DNA from: Patescibacteria group bacterium
GTDB lineage: Bacteria; Patescibacteriota; Microgenomatia; UBA8517
Direction: 5' to 3'
DNA length: 63,724 nt
Assembly: GCA_035260845.1 (NCBI GenBank)
Contig: DATFUL010000013.1
Location: 1-63,724 of the forward strand
This document shows positions 1-9,803 of the stretch, in pieces; position 1 is the first letter of the stretch; every line of letters begins with the position of its first letter. Both the position numbers and the translations under genes were made by a program. The notes beneath the pieces were generated by a model. The model did not search any database and was not told the DNA's origin. It was given only the letters and a program-made list of their open reading frames with translations.

Positions 1-909
1 ATAATCGGTAACTGCGCGGGTGAGGGCTATTCTAAAACCTGTTACATGAGTTCCTCCGTCTGTTGTATAGATTCCGTTTACATAACCTTTTACATTTTCG
101 TTATAAGAATCAGAATACTGAAGAGCAACTTCTGCCGAAATATCCCCGCCCTCTTTTTGAAAATAAATAACATCGTTCAGTGTTTTTTTGCCGCGGTTAC
201 TGTGTGCTACTAATGACTTTATTCCCCCCTCAAAATAAAAAGTAGCAATATCTCCGTCTTTTTCATTTTCGAAATGAAATGTTAATCCCGCAATCAAATA
301 GGCTCTGTCTCTCAAAAGATTTTTAACTTTAGTGTCTTCTAAGATTATGTCGCCAAAGATTTCCTTGTCGGGAATAAAAGTAGTAATAGTTCCCGTCCCG
401 CCAAGTTTGATCTTCCATTCATCAAGCTGTTTTTGAGTGGCTTCGGTAACAGTTTTAAATGGTTTACCTTGTTTATATTCCTGGTAGTAAGCTTTGTTAT
501 CTCTTAGAACTACAACCCTAAAATAACTGGAAAGCGCATTTACAACAGACGCTCCAACCCCATGAAGTCCACCGGAAACTTTATATGCCCCACCACCAAA
601 TTTTCCACCTGCGTGGAGTTTAGTCATTGTTAGTTCAAGAGCCGAAACCCCGGACTTTTTTTGTTTTTCAACAGGGATTCCACGGCCGTTATCACGTACC
701 GTAGCGGAACCATCTTTATTTAAACTGACCCAGACTGTGTTGGCTACTCCCGCAAAACTTTCATCAACCGAATTATCTATAATTTCGCGTAAACATTCGT
801 GAAGTCCCCTACTATCTGTGGAACCAATATACATTCCGGGCCTTTTTCGTACAGGCTCTAAACCTTCAAGTATTTGAATTTGTTCGGCTGTGTAGTCAGT
901 GTTAGGCAT
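1..909 (-). CDS. gyrB: DNA gyrase subunit B, N-terminal part (3' end runs off the window)
   Basis: Not in the ORF track. Manual minus-strand translation from ATG at 909 gives MPNTDYTAEQIQILEGLEPVRKRPGMYIGSTDSRGLHECLREIIDNSVDE..., a classic GHKL GyrB N-terminus. The frame stays open to position 1. Confidence 0.9.
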   Translation of the reverse strand, partial: MPNTDYTAEQIQILEGLEPVRKRPGMYIGSTDSRGLHECLREIIDNSVDESFAGVANTVWVSLNKDGSATVRDNGRGIPVEKQKKSGVSALELTMTKLHAGGKFGGGAYKVSGGLHGVGASVVNALSSYFRVVVLRDNKAYYQEYKQGKPFKTVTEATQKQLDEWKIKLGGTGTITTFIPDKEIFGDIILEDTKVKNLLRDRAYLIAGLTFHFENEKDGDIATFYFEGGIKSLVAHSNRGKKTLNDVIYFQKEGGDISAEVALQYSDSYNENVKGYVNGIYTTDGGTHVTGFRIALTRAVTDY

Positions 910-1486
910 AATTAGAAACTAAATTCGTCAGATGTAAATTTACATTGCCATTTGCTTTTAGTCTAGTAATAGTTTTAATGAGTAGTTCCATATTTTGTAA
1001 ATCTCTTTTGTCGTGGAGAAAAAAAATAAGGCTTTCGATAAATTCTATAGCCTTACCTCTGTCCTTCATTTTATCAAAAAATGAGAGTTTTTGCGATGGG
1101 GACATATCTAAAAATTGTTCGACATCTTCAGAATTTCGAATTTCGAATTTCGAATCTTGAATTTTGATGACCTGACATCTTGACACTATTGTTGATAAAA
1201 CTTTTCGCTCATTTGCTGCGGTTAAAGCAAAATAGATATTGTTCTGTGGTTCTTCTAAATTTTTTAAAAAAGCATTTAGTGCTTCTTCAGTAGTTTCATC
1301 AATGTTTTCTGAGACTATTAAAGTAGGTTCGCTAAAACTTAATCTAAGCAGATTGTTTAAATTTCTAACGTCCTCAATTTTTAAAAGCGGGAAATCCATT
1401 ATTTTTGCTTTAAGAGATTTGGCAAGTTCGTCGATTCTTTCTTTTAAGTCATTAGTATTTGAACCAATTAAGAGGAAAGCGTGCAT
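902..1486 (-). CDS. holB: DNA polymerase III delta'-like clamp-loader subunit (short form, 194 aa)
   Basis: HAFLLIG start, ALNAFLKNLEEP and TIVSRCQ motifs typical of delta'. No intact Walker A. Overlaps the gyrB start by 8 nt. Confidence 0.6.
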   Translation of the reverse strand: MHAFLLIGSNTNDLKERIDELAKSLKAKIMDFPLLKIEDVRNLNNLLRLSFSEPTLIVSENIDETTEEALNAFLKNLEEPQNNIYFALTAANERKVLSTIVSRCQVIKIQDSKFEIRNSEDVEQFLDMSPSQKLSFFDKMKDRGKAIEFIESLIFFLHDKRDLQNMELLIKTITRLKANGNVNLHLTNLVSNYA

Positions 1487-1546
1487 ACAAGGAAAGTTTA
1501 TAGGTTAAAAGTAAAAAGTCAAAAATTTTTATGTTAATATTAATAT

Positions 1547-3283
1547 ATGCCCAATTCTCCCACTCTATCTGATGACAAAAGTCTCCCTAATGGAACTCTG
1601 GCTGATGTCCTGGTTACAATTGGAGCCCTTGATAAAACGCGTGCCGACCAAGTAAAACTTGCAGAGATCCAAAGTGGTTCAACTCAGGAAGAAATTATTA
1701 GAAAGGGTAATTTAGTTCCCGAAAGTAAGCTTGTTCAAGCCAAGGCTCAACTCTACAACATTCCTTATGTTGACTTGATGACAACTCCTGTAGCACCCGA
1801 TGCTCTGGCCGCTCTACCTTCGGAAGTAGCCGAAAGGTTTAAAGTCTTTCCGGTTAGTGCAGATAGGAAAGAAAAAACTTTAGTGCTTGCCATGTCCGAC
1901 CCGTTGGACCTTTCTGCCATTGAATTCATAGAACAAAAAACTGGGCTTCATGTAAAACCCCGTGCTGCGGAACCGACGCAAATAGCTGATTTTATTCAAA
2001 ACCGTTATTCAACCACTTTGACTGCCGAAGTTACTGCTGCAATGAAGGAAGTAGCACCTGAAAAGTTAGATATAAGGTCTCTTGAGTCAAGTAAGAATGG
2101 TTTTATTAGGGAAGAAAAAGTGGCACAAATAGTTTCGCAGATTTTGGATTTTGCTATTAAGTCCAGGGCCTCCGACGTTCATATCGAGCCTCAGGAAAAG
2201 TCAACTCGAGTTCGCTATCGTATTGACGGAATTTTACAGGAAAAGCTCACGATTCCACATGAATTACACGATTCATTGGTAAGTAGAATTAAAATTTTGG
2301 GGGGCATGAAGATTGACGAGCGTAGAATTCCCCAGGACGGCCGGTTTAACTTTAAAGGTCAGGAAGAGGAGGTTGACCTTCGTATTTCAAGTCTTCCTAC
2401 TACTTGGGGTGAAAAAATAGTTATGCGTTTACTTAAAAAATCCGGTGGTGTACCCGATCTTCCTGAACTTGGACTTCGCGGAAATGGCTTAAAGCATTTG
2501 CAGGATGCAATTCTTAGGCCTCATGGAATTATTTTAATCTGCGGGCCAACCGGTTCAGGTAAAACAACCACTCTTTATTCAGTTATTTCCAAACTCAATA
2601 CACCAAAAGTTAACATCGTTACTTTGGAAGACCCTGTTGAGTACAAAATTCCTGGGGTTAACCAAGTACAAATTAACCCCGCAGTTGGGCTAACCTTTGC
2701 CGATGGACTTAAGTCGTTTCTTAGACAAGACCCTAATATTATTCTGGTTGGAGAGATTCGTGACCGTGAGACGGCTGATTTGGCCATTCAGGCTTCTTTA
2801 ACCGGACATTTGGTTTTCTCTACTCTTCACACTAACGACGCTTCGGGCGCCCTGCCACGTTTACTTGATATGGGTGCAGAACCCTATCTTTTGGCCTCCT
2901 CTATAACTTGTATTGTCGCCCAACGTGTAGTTCGTAAAATTCACGACGACTGTAAAGAAGGCTATACCCCAGAACCCAAAGTACTTGAGGATATGAAGAA
3001 GGAGCTTGGGAGTCTTTGGCAGCCAAAAGATGGTGTTCAGCTGTATAAAGGTAAAGGCGACCCCGAGTGCGGTAGCTCTGGTTATTTTGGCCGTATTGGA
3101 ATTTTTGAAACAATTCCGGTAACTGAGAAAATTGGCCGTTTGATTTTGGAGCGCTCCTCGGCAGCTGACATTAATAAACAGGCACGTGAGGAAGGAATGG
3201 TAACTCTTAAACAAGATGGGTACTTGAAAGTTGCGGAAGGAATTACTACAGTAGAAGAAGTAATTAGAGTAGCGCAAGAATAA
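1547..3283 (+). CDS. pilB: Type IV pilus assembly ATPase PilB (GspE family)
   Basis: GspE-type N-terminal domain, Walker A GPTGSGKTTT, Asp/His boxes and a C-terminal CxxC..C cluster. 578 aa. Confidence 0.9.
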   Translation: MPNSPTLSDDKSLPNGTLADVLVTIGALDKTRADQVKLAEIQSGSTQEEIIRKGNLVPESKLVQAKAQLYNIPYVDLMTTPVAPDALAALPSEVAERFKVFPVSADRKEKTLVLAMSDPLDLSAIEFIEQKTGLHVKPRAAEPTQIADFIQNRYSTTLTAEVTAAMKEVAPEKLDIRSLESSKNGFIREEKVAQIVSQILDFAIKSRASDVHIEPQEKSTRVRYRIDGILQEKLTIPHELHDSLVSRIKILGGMKIDERRIPQDGRFNFKGQEEEVDLRISSLPTTWGEKIVMRLLKKSGGVPDLPELGLRGNGLKHLQDAILRPHGIILICGPTGSGKTTTLYSVISKLNTPKVNIVTLEDPVEYKIPGVNQVQINPAVGLTFADGLKSFLRQDPNIILVGEIRDRETADLAIQASLTGHLVFSTLHTNDASGALPRLLDMGAEPYLLASSITCIVAQRVVRKIHDDCKEGYTPEPKVLEDMKKELGSLWQPKDGVQLYKGKGDPECGSSGYFGRIGIFETIPVTEKIGRLILERSSAADINKQAREEGMVTLKQDGYLKVAEGITTVEEVIRVAQE

Positions 3284-3286
3284 AAA

Positions 3287-4345
3287 ATGGATATCAAAAT
3301 ACTTTTGCAAAATGTTATAGATAGTAAGGCTTCTGACCTGCATTTGATTGCAGGTTTACCGCCCACCCTAAGAATTAACGGTGAACTTGCCCCGATTCCT
3401 TCTACCGGAGTCTTGACGCCGGACGCAATTGGTGAACTTCTTAAACAGGTTTTGGCGTCTGAACAACTCGAAAGATTGGCCGTAAACAAGGAGATTGACT
3501 TCTCACTCAATTTTTCTGAAAAAGGAAGGTTTCGTGTTAATGCTTATACTCAAAAGAATTCTTTAGCTGCTGCATTTCGTTTAATTCCTCTTGAAATTCC
3601 GGATATCGATACTTTGGGACTGCCTAAAATTTTGCATTCTTTTACAAGTCTTAGGCAAGGACTAGTTCTTGTTACCGGGCCAACCGGACATGGAAAGTCA
3701 ACAACTTTGGCCGCCATGCTTAATGAAGTTAATAAAACAAGGGCTAGCCATATTGTAACCATTGAAGACCCTGTTGAATTTATTTTTAGGCCCGAAAAAT
3801 CAATCATTTCTCAAAGAGAAATGAGAAGCGATACCCACTCTTGGGAAATAGCCTTAAGAAGTGCTCTTCGGGAAGATCCGGACGTTGTTTTGGTGGGTGA
3901 AATGCGTGACTACGAAACAATTGCGGCTGCACTAACCGTTGCCGAGACCGGGCATTTGGTTTTTGCAACTTTACATACAAACTCTGCGGCACAGTCAATT
4001 GACCGTATTGTCGACGTTTTTCCGGATGAACAGCAAAAGCAAATCCGTTTGCAGTTAAGTAATACTTTGGAAGCTGTTTTTTCTCAGCGCCTTATAGCCT
4101 CCCCCACCAAGGGCCGTGCTATTGCCTACGAAGTCATGTTGGGTACTACTGCTGTTAAAACCGCAATCCGTGATGGTAAAACTCACCAGATAGAAAGTAT
4201 CCTCGAAACCTCCCAGGAAGCCGGAATGAGTACTATAGAAAGATCCCTAGCTGACCTAGTTAAAAGCGGAACTATTACAATGGAAGTTGCCCAAAGCTGG
4301 AGCCTTCGACCCGAGGAACTCTCAAGACTTGTGAGGAGTATTTAG
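3287..4345 (+). CDS. pilT: Twitching-motility retraction ATPase PilT
   Basis: ASDLHL start, Walker A GPTGHGKSTT, TIEDPVE and GHLVFATLHTN motifs. 352 aa. Starts 4 nt after pilB. Confidence 0.9.
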   Translation: MDIKILLQNVIDSKASDLHLIAGLPPTLRINGELAPIPSTGVLTPDAIGELLKQVLASEQLERLAVNKEIDFSLNFSEKGRFRVNAYTQKNSLAAAFRLIPLEIPDIDTLGLPKILHSFTSLRQGLVLVTGPTGHGKSTTLAAMLNEVNKTRASHIVTIEDPVEFIFRPEKSIISQREMRSDTHSWEIALRSALREDPDVVLVGEMRDYETIAAALTVAETGHLVFATLHTNSAAQSIDRIVDVFPDEQQKQIRLQLSNTLEAVFSQRLIASPTKGRAIAYEVMLGTTAVKTAIRDGKTHQIESILETSQEAGMSTIERSLADLVKSGTITMEVAQSWSLRPEELSRLVRSI

Positions 4346-4776
4346 TTCCCTAATAGCTTCTTATATAAAAATGCTTTTTCTATCGCAGTCTTAGTTTCTT
4401 TGCTTAGATTATATTTATTCAGTTCATCCTTTGTAACCCATGCAAAATTTTGGTGTTCAGTGCTCAGTTTTACATTTGATTCTTTATTCAATTCAAGCAA
4501 AAAAATAACTTGAGTTACATCTCGTATTTCATCAGTCTTTTCGATATTAAAATTAAACACGTCTATAACGTTAATTATTTTTGTTTTCAAACCCGTTTCC
4601 TCGTATACTTCCCGAATCACTGTATCTTCAATTTTTTCCATTGGCTCTTTCTTTCCACTAGGCACTTCCCAGAGGTTGGGATAGGCTTCTTCATTGGCGG
4701 CTCTTTGAGCAATCAAAACTTTTGAGTTTTTGATAATAACTCCTCCCGCTACAATTTTTTGAACAATTTGCTTCAT
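4342..4776 (-). CDS. NUDIX hydrolase
   Basis: Complete Nudix box: GKKEPMEKIEDTVIREVYEETGL (Gx5Ex7REUxEExGU). Confidence 0.85.
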   Translation of the reverse strand: MKQIVQKIVAGGVIIKNSKVLIAQRAANEEAYPNLWEVPSGKKEPMEKIEDTVIREVYEETGLKTKIINVIDVFNFNIEKTDEIRDVTQVIFLLELNKESNVKLSTEHQNFAWVTKDELNKYNLSKETKTAIEKAFLYKKLLGN

Positions 4777-4789
4777 ATCTTTTAAAAAA

Positions 4790-5365
4790 TTAATCTTTCA
4801 ACATGTCAGATACCTTCTCAAGTGAATAAAGTTCGTGTAAGTTGTTGTTTTTCCATACAATTTCTTTTTGAAATTCTTCATCGGTATATGGCTTAAGGGA
4901 TAACTTATTTGCTAAGTCATTTGGATCGCTTGCTGAATCCAACGATTCTATTTCCCATTCCATGTAGCCATTTGGATATTCAGAAATTTTGATTTCAAAA
5001 TCATTGTATTTATAAATCCAACTTTTCCATCTGTAAATCATTCCGGTTTTATATCCCAAGGCACCAAAGAGTTTAAGCGCATCAAGTATTTCTCCCTCTT
5101 TTAGGTCAACTTCAAATTCCTCCCGATTTTTGGCCGTGTAATGACCAACCTTTACAGATATTTTTTCGTTTTTGCCAGATTTTTTGAGTCGTAGGTCAAT
5201 CTCTGAAGGGTTCTTCCAACTTTTTGTTTCCGGATCAAAACCTTCCGATATATCAACAGTTAATCTATCGTAATGGTCCGAAAGGACGGCTTTTTCCTGC
5301 AAGAACTTTTCAAGTTCTTTAAACTTTTTTTTATCAATTTTTCCTCTAATTTCTATCTCGTTCAT
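4790..5365 (-). CDS. CYTH-domain protein (triphosphate tunnel metalloenzyme / class IV adenylyl cyclase-like)
   Basis: N-terminal EIEIRGK (ExExK/R-like signature), ~190 aa with alternating charged beta-strand pattern. Motif-level call only. Confidence 0.5.
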   Translation of the reverse strand: MNEIEIRGKIDKKKFKELEKFLQEKAVLSDHYDRLTVDISEGFDPETKSWKNPSEIDLRLKKSGKNEKISVKVGHYTAKNREEFEVDLKEGEILDALKLFGALGYKTGMIYRWKSWIYKYNDFEIKISEYPNGYMEWEIESLDSASDPNDLANKLSLKPYTDEEFQKEIVWKNNNLHELYSLEKVSDMLKD

Positions 5366-5373
5366 ATTTTTAT

Positions 5374-5799
5374 TTAAATATAATCAACAACTCCTTCCGA
5401 ATACAGAATTAACTTTCCTTTTTTAAAATCACTGATTTTTTGCCAAGAAGCAAAACCATTTTTATTATCAAGAATTTTTATATTGTCCTTTTGATAAAGA
5501 TCTTTTTTTGTTAAATCGCTTTCAAAAACCCAAATAATCTCATGTCCAGGTTTACCATTCCATTTAAATATATTTTCTAAAGTAGTTACATATTTTATGT
5601 TTTCTAAATCTGTGTCTAACTCCTCCTTGAATTCTCTTTTTAATGCTTGCTCGCTAGTTTCTCCGAATTCTATTCCTCCACCCAAAAGTCTATAAAAAAC
5701 TTCATCCTTCTCAGAGTCATATCCTTTAGACACTAAGAGTTTTCCATCGTGTTTAATAATACACAAAGATATTGGTCTAATAGTATTTTCTTTCATCAT
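5374..5799 (-). CDS. NUDIX hydrolase
   Basis: Nudix box GGIEFGETSEQALKREFKEELD. Confidence 0.8.
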   Translation of the reverse strand: MMKENTIRPISLCIIKHDGKLLVSKGYDSEKDEVFYRLLGGGIEFGETSEQALKREFKEELDTDLENIKYVTTLENIFKWNGKPGHEIIWVFESDLTKKDLYQKDNIKILDNKNGFASWQKISDFKKGKLILYSEGVVDYI

Positions 5800-5956
5800 G
5801 CTGAGTCATTTTATCACGAAGTCCAAGTACTTCTCTTGATTGCGACATTTAAATAATTCATGACGTTCTTTCAGAATGACATATCAGCGTTCAATTCATA
5901 CCAACAATGAATTGTTGGTGTTCTTGAATGCTGTTATAATAAATTTATCTTGCCCC

Positions 5957-7162
5957 ATGAACAGATTTAATTACAAAGCCAAAGATAAAGACGGCAGACT
6001 TGTAACTGGTGAAGTTGAAGCGGGAACCCTGGAGCAGGCCGCAAAACTTGTTAGAAGCAAAGGTCTTTATATAATTTCTCTCAAAACAAAAGTTGACTCC
6101 CCACTTAATTTTGTTAAAAGAATGCGGGAAAGAATAACCCCATCAGACGTTTCAACATTCACTCGTCAACTTTCAACAATGATTAACGCGGGTTTGCCCA
6201 TTACCGAAGCCCTTTTAATTCTTCGGTCACAGTCCAAAGGCTCGATGCAAAAAATAGTTGCCCAGATTTTAGCAGATGTTGAAGCCGGTGAATCCTTGTC
6301 AGGATCTTTAGAAAGGCACCCTAAAATATTTTCAAGAACTTATATGGCACTTGTAAAATCAGGAGAGGTTGGAGGAGTAATGGACGCCGTTCTTGCCCGC
6401 CTTGCGGAAAACTTGGAAAAGCAGCAAGAATTTAGTGGCAAAGTTAAAGGTGCCTTAATTTATCCGGCTGTAATTATTACAGGAATGGTAATAGTTAGCG
6501 TCATTATGATGATCTTTGTTATTCCAAGACTTTTATCTCTTTATGCCGATTTTAATGCCAAACTACCCCTACCCACTTTAATTTTAATAGGTATTTCTAA
6601 TTTCTTTATACATTTTTGGTGGATTGTTCTAATAGTTCTAGCCATATCTGCTTACGCTTTTAGCCTTTATAACGCTACTCCAACAGGCAGACGTCAGGTT
6701 GACGCTTTAAGATTTAAACTCCCTGTATTTGGGGACTTACAAAGAAAAATAGTTTTAACAGAACTTACAAGGACAATGTCCTTGATGGTTGGGGCCGGAG
6801 TGCCAATTCTTGAGGCCTTAAATATTACAAGTGAAGTAGTCAGTTCCCCTATTATTTCTGATGCTCTAAAAGATTCGGCTAAACAGGTTGAGCGCGGTTT
6901 CCCTATTGCCTATTCTTTTGCCCGCCACCCCGATGCTTTCCCGTTTATTCTAAGCCAGATGGTAGCAGTTGGGGAGGAAACCGGAAAAATGGATGACGTG
7001 TTAACAAAAGTCAGTCATATTTTCGAAGTAGAAAGCGATGAGCGAGTTAAAGGTTTAACTGCCGCGATTGAACCAATGGTTATGGTACTTTTGGGACTTG
7101 GGGTTGGATTTTTGGTTATTGCTGTAATTTTGCCAATATATAATTTGACAAGTCAGTTTTAA
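5957..7162 (+). CDS. pilC: Type IV pilus platform protein PilC (GspF family)
   Basis: Two GspF repeats and three TM segments. I prefer the ATG at 5957 (MNRFNYKAKDKDGR...) over the track start at 5876. Confidence 0.9.
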   Translation: MNRFNYKAKDKDGRLVTGEVEAGTLEQAAKLVRSKGLYIISLKTKVDSPLNFVKRMRERITPSDVSTFTRQLSTMINAGLPITEALLILRSQSKGSMQKIVAQILADVEAGESLSGSLERHPKIFSRTYMALVKSGEVGGVMDAVLARLAENLEKQQEFSGKVKGALIYPAVIITGMVIVSVIMMIFVIPRLLSLYADFNAKLPLPTLILIGISNFFIHFWWIVLIVLAISAYAFSLYNATPTGRRQVDALRFKLPVFGDLQRKIVLTELTRTMSLMVGAGVPILEALNITSEVVSSPIISDALKDSAKQVERGFPIAYSFARHPDAFPFILSQMVAVGEETGKMDDVLTKVSHIFEVESDERVKGLTAAIEPMVMVLLGLGVGFLVIAVILPIYNLTSQF

Positions 7163-7211
7163 GTTTAATTGACTTGACAACTAAGTTGTAATGACCAATA
7201 CTTAATCACGA

Positions 7212-7877
7212 ATGAGAAAATATTTGTCTAAAGGCTTCACATTAGTCGAACTTTTGATCGTTATTGCACTTCTTGGCGTTATAGCAACTATTGTTATCGC
7301 GGCTATTAATCCTATTGAGCAGGCCAATCGTGCGGCTGATGCCGGCAAGAAAGCAGATGCCAGTCAAATTGTTTCTGCAATTGAACGTTATTATGCAACC
7401 CATAACCAGTTTCCGTGGCAAGCGCCTTCTTGTGCAGCAAATGGAGGCACTTTTTGTGATCCAATAACAGGTGCCGAAGCGGCAATGGATTTTATTTCTG
7501 CTGACAATCCATCGATTGGAATTTGTGGTGCAAATGGCACGACTTGTAAAACAACAGCCAATAAAGGTGAACTTATACAAGCCCTGGAACTTCAGTCGCA
7601 GTTTATAAGTAAAAGCTGGGTGGGGGCGACTTCAACCGACGCAAAACTTTTAGTTGGTAAAGGTCCTACTTCATCTTCGGGTGTTTATGTCTGCTGGGTG
7701 CCAAAATCAAATTCAAACAGACAAAACTTGATAACTAGTGCTACAACCAATAGCAATAAGATGGTTGATACAACTGTTGCTATTCAAGTTTCCGGAGTTC
7801 CGGCACCTGGAACTTGTGCAACCACCTCTGACACCGGTTGGGGAACAGGGAAATGCTCAGAGTGTGTACCTGAATAA
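7212..7877 (+). CDS. Prepilin-type N-terminal cleavage/methylation protein, candidate major pilin
   Basis: MRKYLSKG|FTLVELLIVIALLG class III signal with Glu5. Cys-rich C-terminal half. Sits between pilC and pilD. Confidence 0.8.
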   Translation: MRKYLSKGFTLVELLIVIALLGVIATIVIAAINPIEQANRAADAGKKADASQIVSAIERYYATHNQFPWQAPSCAANGGTFCDPITGAEAAMDFISADNPSIGICGANGTTCKTTANKGELIQALELQSQFISKSWVGATSTDAKLLVGKGPTSSSGVYVCWVPKSNSNRQNLITSATTNSNKMVDTTVAIQVSGVPAPGTCATTSDTGWGTGKCSECVPE

Positions 7878-8611
7878 TGTTTCTTCTTTTGGTTTTTAAA
7901 TTCATTCTAGGTCTTATTATTGGGTCTTTTATTGCTGCTCTCTCGTGGCGCTTTCCCAGAGGAATTTCTAATCTCAGTGGACGGTCATTTTGTGACAACT
8001 GCAAAAAACAACTTAGTTGGTACGACAATATTCCCCTTTTGTCTTATTTGATTTTGGGTGGAAGATGTCGAAATTGTAAAAAAAGTATTTCTCCACGCTA
8101 CTTCATAATAGAGTCAGTAACGGCAATTGGTTTTACACTAATTGGTTTTCAGATTATTCCACTTATACTTTTTTGTATTTTGGAGATTATTTTTATAATT
8201 GATTTGGAAAACCAGATTATTCCGGATGATTTTGTTTTTTTGGGAATAATTGTAGCAATTTTCAATTTTAAATTAGATTGCATCACTTCGTGCGCAATTT
8301 TCAGTAATTTGTTGGCGGGATTTCTTTCTGCATCATTTCTTCTTTTGATTCATCTTGTGACACGGGGGCGCGGTATGGGCTTGGGAGATGTTAAATTTGC
8401 AGTTCTTGCCGGTATGATTGTTGGGCTTCCTCTCTCTCCGATTTGGATGCTTATAGCTTTCTTGACAGGAGCAATGTGCGGAATCATACTAATTTTAGGT
8501 GGAAGTGCAGGTTTAAAAAGTAAGATTGCGTTTGGTCCGTTTTTAATCTTTTCCATTCCAGTAACACTTTTATGGGGACAAAAAATTATCGATTTAATGC
8601 TTTTACATTAG
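7877..8611 (+). CDS. pilD: Prepilin peptidase (A24 family)
   Basis: N-terminal CDNC..CRNC zinc motif, polytopic membrane protein, catalytic-Asp context GMGLGDVKF. Confidence 0.85.
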   Translation: MFLLLVFKFILGLIIGSFIAALSWRFPRGISNLSGRSFCDNCKKQLSWYDNIPLLSYLILGGRCRNCKKSISPRYFIIESVTAIGFTLIGFQIIPLILFCILEIIFIIDLENQIIPDDFVFLGIIVAIFNFKLDCITSCAIFSNLLAGFLSASFLLLIHLVTRGRGMGLGDVKFAVLAGMIVGLPLSPIWMLIAFLTGAMCGIILILGGSAGLKSKIAFGPFLIFSIPVTLLWGQKIIDLMLLH

Positions 8612-9219
8612 TTGAACTCCTAATAGTCGTTGCAATCATTGCTATTCTTGCAGCAGTTGCCGTAACGTATTTGAGAGGCCAAACTTTTAAAGGCACTGAT
8701 GCAAAACGTAAAGCCGACATAAATAGAATAAAAATAGCTGTTGAGGAATACGAAAAAGACCATAACTGCTACCCCCCGCCTCAACTTTTAACTTGTAATC
8801 CTGGCACTGGCCTAAAACCATATATAGATAGAATCCCATGTGATCCAATAACTAATGCTCCTTATCTTTACGATTATCAAAACAGTGCTTGCCCGAGTTG
8901 GTACCGTTTTTATACCAAGCTGCAGTTTAGTGCTGATCCGCTTGCAACACCAAATATTGGTCCAAACTTTGCATTTAATTATGTTGTTGGTTCAGCAAAC
9001 GCTCCCGCCTCTGTTCCCGGGGGGGCAACTGCACCTCCAGGTGGTGGTGGCGGTGGTGGAGCCCAAAATGCTCAATATTATGGATGTCGATCAGGAGCCT
9101 GTGTGCCGATTAGTTGGGATGCAGATCGGCCTGGCCCCGAGTGTGATCCAAGTTTCCAAAATGTAAATTGTTATGACCAGTGTGGTTTACCAAGCGTTGA
9201 GTGTGTCAGTTGGCATTAA
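8572..9219 (+). CDS. Pilin-like protein with a Gly run and Cys-rich C-terminus
   Basis: ...RFNA|FTLVELLIVVAIIAILAAVA signal, PPGGGGGGGAQ low-complexity tract, six or more Cys near the C-terminus. Overlaps the pilD end by 40 nt. Confidence 0.7.
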   Translation: MGTKNYRFNAFTLVELLIVVAIIAILAAVAVTYLRGQTFKGTDAKRKADINRIKIAVEEYEKDHNCYPPPQLLTCNPGTGLKPYIDRIPCDPITNAPYLYDYQNSACPSWYRFYTKLQFSADPLATPNIGPNFAFNYVVGSANAPASVPGGATAPPGGGGGGGAQNAQYYGCRSGACVPISWDADRPGPECDPSFQNVNCYDQCGLPSVECVSWH

Positions 9220-9227
9220 CCAGAATC

Positions 9228-9803
9228 ATGAAACGTTTTACTAAACCAGAAATAATTTCTTTAATTGTTATATTTTTAGTTTTAATAGGTGTTTCCTGGC
9301 CAAATTTTGCCTTGAGTTTAAGACGTGCGCGTGATCAAATTAGACGCGACGATGTTGGCAATATTCAGGCTGCAATTGACTCTTATTATGCCGATTATGG
9401 TATTTTCCCGGCCTCAACCCCGGACGGCAAATTAGTTGTTTGCAAAGGCATAAATAACATAATGATTCCCTGTAACTATGGTCATGACACTTGGGTAAAC
9501 TTAACTCCGGGGGTAGATAAAACTTATATGAGGGTAATTCCGGGGGACCCGGACTTAAGCCGTGGAGCCAGTTATGCTTATTTTTCTGACGGCAGTCGTT
9601 ATCAACTGCTTGCTTCACTTGAAGGAATAGATGAACCGGGTTATGACGCAAAGCTTACCGACCGCAAAGTCATGTGCGGCAACAGAATCTGCAATATCGG
9701 ACGCTCTAATAATGTACCATTATATATAAGTATCGAGGAGTATGATTTGCAAATTTATTGCGGACAACATCCAAAGGACACAAAATGTCTGAAAACAAAA
9801 TGA
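9228..9803 (+). CDS. Atypical pilin-like protein (no canonical FTLxE cleavage motif)
   Basis: MKRFTKPEIISLIVIFLVLIGVSW hydrophobic N-terminus, then RRARDQIRRDDVGNIQAAIDSYYADYGIFP, which parallels the GspG-like core of neighbouring pilins. Confidence 0.45.
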   Translation: MKRFTKPEIISLIVIFLVLIGVSWPNFALSLRRARDQIRRDDVGNIQAAIDSYYADYGIFPASTPDGKLVVCKGINNIMIPCNYGHDTWVNLTPGVDKTYMRVIPGDPDLSRGASYAYFSDGSRYQLLASLEGIDEPGYDAKLTDRKVMCGNRICNIGRSNNVPLYISIEEYDLQIYCGQHPKDTKCLKTK

